A stretch of 64,000 nucleotides of DNA, taken from Azolla caroliniana. Taxonomy: Eukaryota; Plantae; Polypodiophyta. The position numbers were made by a program, and so were the translations under genes. The stretch is taken from positions 9,610,001 to 9,674,000 of the forward strand of contig JBHGNT010000015.1 in assembly GCA_043228905.1 (NCBI GenBank), in the 5' to 3' direction. The notes below the pieces were generated by a model that had not been told where the DNA came from, did not search any database, and was given only the letters and a program-made list of their open reading frames with translations. Positions 13,121-22,279 of the stretch are shown one piece after another (position 1 is the first letter of the stretch; each line of letters starts with the position of its first letter).

Positions 13121-15905
13121 ATGGACCTGCAAACGCTGTCGGAAGCCGCCAAGACATGGCTAAAGCAACACGGGCTCGAGGGCTTCTTGATGATGATGGA
13201 AGTACCGCCACACAAAGCAGCTGACAAAGTGATCAAAGAAATCGACACAGAGGTCATAACGGTAGAGGTGATTTGAGCGTTAACAGGCCTTCCGGAGGCA
13301 TACTCACGATTGACAATCCAACCCCGGAGCAACTCATCAGGTATTTTGGTGAGTACTCTCTAGCCAGCAAGGGCTACCGGACACAAGGCGGCGGAGATAT
13401 GCTGTTCCGCGAAATTGCTCATGTGCTGCACGAATACGGCCACGTGTACCCTAGACCCCCTGTCGTGCCGCAGAACCGGGTAGGGATGATCATCGCCACA
13501 TATGAAGGGATCAAGGTGGATTGGCCGGTATTGATCACCGACGGGTTGTGTGCGGCGATCGAGATCGTCAGAGGCAAAGACGACAAAGAAGGCCGAGACG
13601 GACGGAGGATATGGCACGCCGTAACACAGTGGCTCACCTTACTTGTGCCACCCGTCCAGCCCGTCCAGCCCAAGAAGCGAGGAAGAGTGGCGGACGACAC
13701 CCCAAGGACGGCTTCCAAACGGCAACAGCTATTGGCCTCTAAGGCCACTAAGGGAAAAGCGGCGGATGCAGAACAGGCGGCAGCAGGAAGCGGCAGCCGG
13801 AAGCGCCCAACGGAGGCGCAGGAGGAACCACCGGCACGGCCCGTAAAGGTCACACTCCGCCGACCGGTGAATAGAGAAGCGGACCCCTTGGCGGAAAAAC
13901 TCAATGCCGGAGCTCAGGAGGAGGAAATAGAGGAGGAGCCCACAGAGCACCTCTAGCGACGGTTGTCGGCAAGGACCGTTGAGACAGCCGGGAAACGTTC
14001 GGACCCTCAGACGGAGGGAACACCGGCTCCCCTTAGTGAGACTCCCACGCCAAGGAGGGAACCGGAACCGGTGCATATGACACCGGAAACAGAAGCCCCG
14101 ACACCACCGACAACATCGGCAAGTCCCATCCCGCCAGAGCCGGAAAGGTCAATGCAGCCTCCCTCGGTCAGCCAAGAAGAAGCGCAAGGGGAACCAGGAC
14201 AGCAGGGTGGTCCATGGGCAGAAACGGAACTGCAACTCGGCGCAACCAGGCGGGACACCCCTCTACAAGTGAGCCCATCTGTCAAACCTCCGTGCAAGCA
14301 CAACAAGGCACCGGTAGCCTGTGGCTCCGGTGGATAGGCGAACAGATAGCCGGAGCAGTGGGGTATATTGAGGCAGAAGAAAGAGCGCAAAGCGAATGGT
14401 TGCTCGTCACAACCGAACAACTAGAGACGGCCCGGTCCAGAATCTGGTGCCTTGAAAAAGACTTGGATCAGGTCACGACCGAGATGGCCAAAATGGCCTT
14501 AACGGCAACACAGATCCAATCACCGGTGACTCCGGTAAGTGTACAGAATAAAGAAACGGAACGACCTGTACATAGCAATAAGACCCCAACAACGGAAACC
14601 GTTCCGGCAAGAGATGCGGCGCAAGCCCAGGAGCTTGAGGAATTGAGAGATGAACTTGCCGCACAAGAAGGGCTAAGGAGCCGTGAGCGAGAATTGAAGA
14701 TGGCGGCCGAAGCCGAATTAAAGAAGACTGATGAGAACCTCCGCCGGGCAGAGGAGAGCCTCCGGAAAGGCCATCAAGTGTACAACCGGCTAAAGGAGGA
14801 GAAAGACAAAGTGCTGCAGGAAAAGGACAAGCTGCGGAAAACGGCGGAAACAGAGATTGAATGGCTAAAGGAAGAGCTCCGCCAGCAGAAGGACCGCGAG
14901 GACCGGGCCCGTCGTCAGATCAACGCACGGCTCAAGCAAAAGACGGATGATTTTGAGCACCTGCACCGGGACTACAAACGGCTAGAAACGGAGCATAAAG
15001 AACGGATGGCCGAGCTCTAGCAGGCAGTTGATCGGGCTGCAACGGCGATCGCCGACGAACGGGCGGAAAATACAAGACGCTTGGACGAGGCGGAGAAGGT
15101 CCGGATGGAGCTCCAGAGGCAGCAGCAGGAAGACAAAGAGAGAGCGTCAACAGTATTGCAGAAATTACAAAGCACATATCAAAGGCAATTGACGCATTAC
15201 AAGGCGCAGGCAGAGGACAACGTCAAAATCATCAAACAACTGAAGGAGGAACGACAAGCGACGGAAACCAAATCGCAATTGGGAACGAGCCGGATTCAGT
15301 CCATCCTCCGGGCATGGTTGAATCAGACAAAACACTTGATTGATTAAAGCTCCGTAAAATGGTGGACAAAGTGGGCACAAAACGCGGCGGAACTCCAGTT
15401 GCTACGGGCGGATGTGGCAAAGCGGCGGAAGGAAGGAGATGATTGTTATACGTTGACTTCCGAGGACTTCACCGCCATACGGGACGAGCTGGCCGACGAC
15501 TTCCAAGTCCTGGCAGATGAACAGCTGGCGCAGGTCAGGCAGCTCGTAGCTCAGCTAGACGATGATAGGCTGGACGCTCAAATCCAGTTTGAAAGCTACG
15601 AGCGGTCCCGGGTGCGGGAAGAAAAAGCACGGGAAGCGGCAACGGTTAACCTTAGTGATGAGGAACCGTCGCCGGCTGAGGGCCAGCCGAGAACCAGTCA
15701 ACCGGAGACCACTACGACGTAGGGAGCAACGACGGAGACACTGGTGTCAGAGCCACAAACGGAGGAGCAGCCGCAGCAACCACCAACGGACCCGCCGCAG
15801 CAGGCATCAACAGAGCAGCAACAGTAGCAACAACAACCACCACTTCCAGATGAACCATTGGAACCTCTCCAACAAAGCATTCTGGACATTTTGGACGAAG
15901 AATAG
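13121..15905 (+). pseudogene. Gypsy-1 extra sense ORF (~925 aa; globular N-terminal domain, Pro/Glu linker, long coiled coil)
   Basis: ORF pieces 12899-15722 follow an A22 tract at 12768-12789; homologous to 28446-31172. Confidence 0.8.
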
Positions 15906-15915
15906 CAAGGGTTGG

Positions 15916-15957
15916 TTGTGGATTCGACGTACAAGGTACAGTCCCACGGGCGTGCCA
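15916..15957 (+). other. tRNA-Arg 3'-end mimic / inverted PBS at the PPT position
   Basis: TTGTGGATTCGA-cgtacaaggtaca-GTCCCACGGGCGTGCCA ends 2 nt before the 3' LTR; minus strand reads TGGCACGCCCGTGGGAC. Confidence 0.8.
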
Positions 15958-15959
15958 TG

Positions 15960-16394
15960 TGTTACCGGCCGGCAAAGGAGTCCAGAGTGGGAAATGGAGA
16001 GTTATTTAAGTAGTAGGAATGTGGTTGTAATTAAGCTATGAGTGTGGACGGACGGACCGGAAACGGTATGCCGTTCCGGATCCGGACCGATCCCGAACAG
16101 GTGCGGATGGCACAGTTTTGTAATATAGACCGGAAACCTATTTAAAGGCCCGGATACAATGTAATCATTAGCGGTTAATTAATGGAAGCTTAAGCGTTGT
16201 TATCTCTCTGTGTTAATTGCCGTTCTGTCTTAATTGTTATATCTTATGCGTGTGTTATGAAAGACAATCATAATAAGTAACTTAATCAAGTAGGATTAAG
16301 CGTTGAGGCAGATCCGGTTGCCGTAACACCCTTTGGGGAAGTGTCTTCCGTAGACACCCTGTGTTAGGCCATTGTCCGGCCCTAAGAGTTAACA
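15960..16394 (+). repeat. Gypsy-1 3' LTR
   Basis: Direct repeat of 6480-6914 followed by the ATTAG TSD. Confidence 0.97.
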
Positions 16395-17480
16395 ATTAGT
16401 TGTACAATTGCTTTAGTACTAGAATCCATTCTATATTTAGGTGGGCTAGGATAGGTATAGTACATGTTGCAGTAAACCTTTAGGTGCATAATTCGTGTAA
16501 TACTAGAATCCATCCTATATTTAGGTAAGCTAGTACTAACATAGTACACACTTCATTCTGGAATTAGTTGTACAGTTGGTTTAGTACTAGAATCCATTCT
16601 ATATTCAGGTGGCCTAGAACAAGCATAGTACAAATTTAGGAGACCTTTACGTGTATAGTTGATGTAGTACACTAGTATCCATCCTATATTTAGGTGAGCT
16701 AGTACTAAAATAGTACTCATTTCATTCTGCAATTAGTTGTACTGTTGGTTTAGTACTAGTATCCATTCTATATTTAGGTGGGCTAGTATTAGCATAGTAC
16801 CACACTTCAGGAGACCTTTATGTGTAGAGTTGGTGTAGTACTAGAATCCATCCTATATATAAGTGAGCTAGTACTTAGTACTAACAAGGTACACACTTCA
16901 TTCTGCAATTAGTTGTACAATTGGTTTAGTACCAGAATCCATTCTATATTTAGGTGGGCTAAGAGACAACCATAATATAACTTTAGGAGACCTTTAGGTG
17001 TACAGTTGGTGTGGTACTAGAATTCATCCTATATTTAGGTGAGCTAGTACTAACATAGTACACACTTCATTATGGAATTAGTTGTACAGTTGGTTTAGTA
17101 CTAGTATCCATTCTATATTTAGGTGGTTTAGTATGAGCATAGTACACACTTCAAGAGACCTTTAGGTGTACAATTGGTGTAGTACTAGAATCCATCCTAT
17201 ATTTAGGTGAGCTAGTACTAACATAGTACACACTTCATTCTACCATTAGTTGTGCTGTAGGTTTAGTACTAGAATCTATTCTATATTTAGGTGGTCTAGT
17301 ACGAGCATAGTACACACTTCAAGAAACCTTTAGGTGTACAATTGGTGAAGTACTAGAATCCATCCAATATTTAGGTGAGCTAGTACTAACATAGTACACA
17401 CTTCATTCTACAATTGGTTGTACTATAGGTTTAATACTAGAATCTAGTCTATATTAAGGTGGGCTAGTTCTACCATAGTC
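16395..17480. repeat. 84-bp satellite with A/B 168-bp higher-order dimer, right part
   Basis: CTAGAATC at 17185, 17269 and 17353 (period 84); GGTGAGCTAG and GGTGGGCTAG variants alternate. Confidence 0.9.
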
Positions 17481-17799
17481 TACAGAAGTAGAGGATCACG
17501 CCGATGTAATAGTAGGCAGGAGTGTGAACCTTAACCTTGTATGTTAATTGTGGTATTGACACTGGTATTGTTGGGTTCATTTAGATTTAGTCTGACAAGA
17601 ACGAGAAGATGAACAAATACAAGAAGATGATTCAGGCACTATATGGAGTAGAGATGAAAACTCCGAGACCGTGACTATGCCTTGCACAAAAGATGACTCT
17701 GACAACACTGCAACCACACATGAGGATTGTGAAGAAAACACCACATTCAATTTAGAGGAGGAGAACGACTATAAAAAGTATGAGGTTTCTAGCATTTTC

Positions 17800-18230
17800 C
17801 ACGAGGAGGAGCACATGGGTACTAACAAAGATGTGGACAACACCATCCAAGATGAGTCTGCAAAAAACACATCTAGTAGCCACGAAGAGGAGCACATGTG
17901 CACTAAGAAAGATGTGGACAACACCATCCTGGATGAATCTGCAAAAAACACTGCTACCACCTATGAAGAAAAGCACATGGGTACTGCGAAATATAGGGAT
18001 GACACCATCACGGATGAGTGAGTGAAAAACACAACTACCACCCACGAAGAGGAGCACATGGGTATTGCGAAAGATGTGAACAACTCCATCCCGGATGTGT
18101 GTGTGAAAAAGACAGCTACCACCCACGAAGAGCAGTACATGGGTACTAAGAAAGATGTGGACAACATCAGTAAGGATGAGTCTCAGAAAATTACCACCAC
18201 CACCCATGAAGAGGAGCCACACCAAATGAA
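17800..18230 (+). repeat. 81-bp coding-type tandem repeat (27-aa unit HEEEHMGTxKDVDNTIxDESxKxTxTT)
   Basis: Units start at 17800, 17881, 17962, 18043, 18124 and 18205; ORFs 17671-18021 and 18022-18255 are in one frame. Confidence 0.85.
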
Positions 18231-18874
18231 GGACGAGGAATCAAGAGGTACATGATGATATTGCTATCAACCACACCTTTCTAGATGATTGTGCATCTCA
18301 TGTTGGTATAAACAATGACGTAGGAAACTCAAGGGGGGTGCCACCGATCTGAGGAGGGGAACCATCAGATGTTGTCTTATTGTCCTCTGATGATGAAGTG
18401 CCACTTAGTAGTATGTAGAAGGATGTAAAATCAATGAAGGAGACGATCAGTTCTCGATGCATTATAAGTACTAGAAAAAACTAGTGCCAAAGATTTTATG
18501 GGTCATGGTATGTACTTGTTATTGTCATATTGAAATGATATATCTTTTTTATACTTATTATGTACCGAATTGATATGCCTAACATTATTTCTGTTCTCTC
18601 TCTAAGTATGAATATGATGTTTTATGAGAAGATGAATGTTGAGTCCATTACACTCCAAAGATGTTTATGATATCATGTACCTCTTGAGGGACCTTGTAAA
18701 CAGTTTACTTCCCTTAACCTTGTGCTTTTTTTGAGTCGTAGTGAACTTGATTGCGATAATGGCCTCAACATAGATTATGGCGGTGGGTGCATCTTTTACT
18801 AAAGCATACACGTGGGAGGACCGTCACAAGTTTGCATCATAGTTGTTATAGTGAACAAAAGGGGATATATACAT

Positions 18875-19590
18875 GACGAGAAACAATTAACACTTGAGCA
18901 CCAATCACTTTATGAAAACCAAAGAGGATATATACATTACTAGAAAAAGTTAGCACTATAAGAGCAACAAATACGTTATGAAAATCAAAGAGGATATATA
19001 TTGTACTAGAAACAATTAACAATATAAGAGCACCAAACACTTTATGAAAACCAAAGAGGATATTACATTACTAGAAACATTTACCACTATAAGAGCACCA
19101 AACACTTAACGAACACCAAAGAGGATATATACATTACTAGAAACAATTAACACTACAAGAGTAACAAAAACTTTATGAAAACCAAATAAGATAATACATC
19201 ACTAGAAACATTTAACATTATATTAGCACCAAACACTTTATGAAAACCAAAGAGGATATTACATTACTAGAAACATTTAACACTTTAAGAGCACCAAACA
19301 CTTACCAAACACCAAAGAGGATATATACATTACTAGAAACAATTAACACTACAAGAGTAACAAAAACTTTATGAAAACCAAATAAGATAATACATCACTA
19401 GAAACATTTAACATTATATTAGCACCAAACACTTTATGAAAACCAAAGAGGATAATATATCACTAGAAAAATTTAACACTATATAAGCACCAATCACTTT
19501 ATGCAAATGAAAGAGGATATATACATCAATAGAAACAATTAACACTATAAGAGCGCCAAACACTTTAGGAAAACCAAAGAGGATATATAT
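18875..19590. repeat. ~65-bp AT-rich tandem repeat with 196-bp trimer higher-order unit
   Basis: CACCAAACACTTTATGAAAACCAAAGAGGAT at 19031, 19227 and 19423. Confidence 0.9.
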
Positions 19591-19704
19591 TGATGAATTT
19601 GGCATCCCTAATTAGGATAACTTGTGAAGTTACATATGTAGATCTGACATTGAAGATCACTGGTCATTCTACAAGGTCTCTACAATGTATTAAGAGTTAA
19701 AATT

Positions 19705-20570
19705 CTAAGCATTAAAGAGGGAGACCTCCCCCAATATGTGTTCATGTACATCTTGAGGGACCTTGTAGATAGTTTTGTATCCCTTAATTTTGTGCTTTGC
19801 TTGAGTCATAGTGAACTTGATTGCGATAATGGCATCATCATAGATTATGGTAGTGGGTGCATCTTGCAATAATGCATACGTGTTCTTGCATTGTGGCAAC
19901 TTTGCATAATAGTTGCCAAGATGATAGACTTGCCAACGTTGGACATGTTGCCCCTACCATCCCTCATCACTTCTTTCAATATTGTGTTCCCTTGCTTTCA
20001 TACCACAATTTAGTAGTCTTCATTCAAAACTTCATTTTGAGGAGATTTCAACATTGCAAAATGATCTCCAATAAAAGTGTACATTGGTTGTAGTATACAA
20101 TATTGTCTGAATGTTTGTTTTCTTGAATATCATCTCGTCGTTGAATCTCAAGCTTCTGCAACTTCCATGACTCCGCGACTGATAGATTGGTGCATTCATC
20201 CCAACATTCACCTATAATAGACATGGAACAAAAGCATGATAAACTGCGAAATAGCAATTGCGTTGTGTCCTTACGACAAAACCCTAAAGAACAATGGATC
20301 TTACATGTCCTTTTCACGGTTTTACAACCATATGATTTACTTCTATCCAACTCATTAGCACAAATCTCAATAAACAATCTATTCTTACCATCATTTCACA
20401 TCTTCCATGTCAGTCACTCCACAACATCATGAGCATTTTGTAACTTAGCACCTTGCTTATCCACCTTCTTGCTTATAAGAGCTTGCTTGATCACAGCCTC
20501 TGCCCCATCATGCTCTCTCTTTCCATATCCAAACCTGAAGTATTTCCATTGCATCCTAATGTTTACCTGG
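19705..20570 (-). pseudogene. C-terminal part of a Sola2-like DNA transposase
   Basis: WKYF..GYGKREHDGA..VIK resembles the HGKxxxDG catalytic motif; followed by KIHCS...RSLSCFC..C Cys motif. Confidence 0.55.
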
Positions 20571-20578
20571 GCGTTTTG

Positions 20579-20675
20579 CATCACAGGTAGCCAACAAACA
20601 TTAGTAACAGTACTAAGTACATCACAGGTAGCCAACAAACATTAGTAACAGTACTAAGTACATCACAGGTAGCCA
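20579..20675. repeat. 41-bp tandem repeat (~2.4 copies)
   Basis: CATCACAGGTAGCCAACAAACATTAGTAACAGTACTAAGTA repeated. Confidence 0.85.
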
Positions 20676-20704
20676 AACAATATTTAACATGGCTTAAAAC
20701 TTAA

Positions 20705-21099
20705 TGTAAAAGAATACGTGTGAGGAAGCGTATGCGAAACACAGAGTACTTCAGAGAACGACAGTTTAGTAAAATACAAAAAACGCAGAGATGGAGAGGG
20801 AGAGACAGAGAGAGAGCAGACAACTCTATTCTATTTCAAAATAATACACTCTGTACATATTTCGTGCTCAATGAGCACCTTTTATACAAGCCCTGACTAT
20901 TGGGCTGACACAAGTACTGACAGTACTTGACTGCTCATAAATGAGCCTACTACACTAACTCCCAAATTATTCCTTACGAGGAATACCATACTAATGGCCT
21001 TTCGGTTTAGGCACCAATACGGCCACGTTATGCGTATTGTTTTACGCACCCAGCCTACGCACTGGGTTACGCACCCAATGTTGAGCTTGTCACTCAACA
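20705..21099 (-). repeat. Copia 3' LTR (395 bp)
   Basis: Minus strand TGTTGAG...TTTTACA preceded by GACGGGGAG; homologous to 35814-36192. Confidence 0.9.
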
Positions 21100-21596
21100 C
21101 TCCCCGTCAAGCTCAACTTGAGGTTCTGTCCACTCTTCCGGATCTACGCTCCAGTTCCTTCTGGCTTCACGCCTCGTTCGCGCTCCTCGACCCGTTTGAT
21201 TTCGCGTGCTTCGACCCTTCCGGTCGGCTTGTCTGCTCGTTCGGCCCTTCTCAGCTCCCTTGCTGTCATGGTGTAAATGCGTCCTTCGCTGTACTTTTCT
21301 TTGCTTGGCCCTCAATCGATTCGTAATAATCAAATCAAACGTTTCTATTGAATCGGTCTCTTCCGATTCAATTCCAATTACATCCGAATTGGCTGTCTCC
21401 AATTCGTCTTCAATCTTTAGGCCTTTGACAATATCAGACCACGTCTTGGTCTTGGCCTTATCTCCCCCTGATTCGGCTATCCTCGGCTCTTCCCTACGAT
21501 TACGGCCCTTGTTCTCTTCTTCGGCTTCTTCAGTCGGACTGAAATCGAATTCTTCATCCGATTCCACATCATGGTTATTTCCGCCGTGATGATTAC

Positions 21597-22043
21597 TGTT
21601 GTTTGCCGGAATAGTAACCGACGGACAAGAGCGCAGGAATACGGAATAGTATAATATTGTAACGCATGTAACGGTTCATGCGGGAAGCGTGAACGGCTAA
21701 AAGACCCTGTGTATATAAAGGGCAGATAACCTCTGATAGAGGTAGCGTGTAATTTTGAATGTAAGAGGCGTATCATAATAGAGTTCTATCTTCTCTGATA
21801 TCTGTGTGTAGCTATGGCTAATCTACTGTGTGTCTATGACACCGGAGAGCGTAGGAGTAAGTAACGGTGTGTGTTAGCCCACTGTCAAAGGAGCTCGGTT
21901 GTAGCCGTCTCCCTTATACGCTACTAGGTTACGGGGAATATCCCACTAAGTATTATGCACATACGCTACTATTCGTTGTCACACAGTCACTTGGAGGTCT
22001 AGGTCGAAGGACTGACCGTAGATCGTATTCCTAGTCTGTAACA
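21597..22043 (+). repeat. Gypsy-2 5' LTR
   Basis: TGTTG...GTAACA; TATATAAA at ~21712; direct repeat of 31220-31661. Confidence 0.95.
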
Positions 22044-22047
22044 CTTT

Positions 22048-22058
22048 TGGCACGCTTG
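22048..22058 (+). promoter_or_regulatory. Primer-binding site (tRNA-Arg type, 8-nt core)
   Basis: TGGCACGCTTG 4 nt after the LTR. Confidence 0.65.
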
Positions 22059-22279
22059 GCACAAACATCGACGAATGGATGTTTAGCCGCAGATGCCCCA
22101 GAGAACCAACACGACCAGACCGGCCAATCACAAGGTCCATCACATGCCAGGCAAAGGAACGCGCACGACAGAAGCCTCGCCTCAGCGACCTCAACACTCT
22201 CCAAATACCTCGACGATATGCAGGGAGCACACTCACCACAACAACATTGTGGTCTTTCCTGGCCCACCGTAGCCCCCAC

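Larger units (their letters stand above)
6480..16394 (+). mobile_element. Full-length Ty3/Gypsy non-chromovirus LTR retrotransposon (Gypsy-1) with extra 3' ORF
   Basis: 435-bp TG...CA LTRs at 6480-6914 and 15960-16394; ATTAG TSD (6475-6479, 16395-16399); domain order gag-PR-RT-RH-IN. Confidence 0.97.

Noticed and set aside
13121-15905. Retroviral env gene
   Set aside because: No signal peptide or transmembrane helix is visible; the protein is hydrophilic and coiled-coil rich
15916-15957. Real tRNA-Arg gene
   Set aside because: Only the 3' part is present, the T-loop is interrupted, CCA is encoded and there is no D or anticodon arm
16395-19590. CRISPR-like arrays
   Set aside because: Head-to-tail repeats without unique spacers, no cas genes, eukaryotic context
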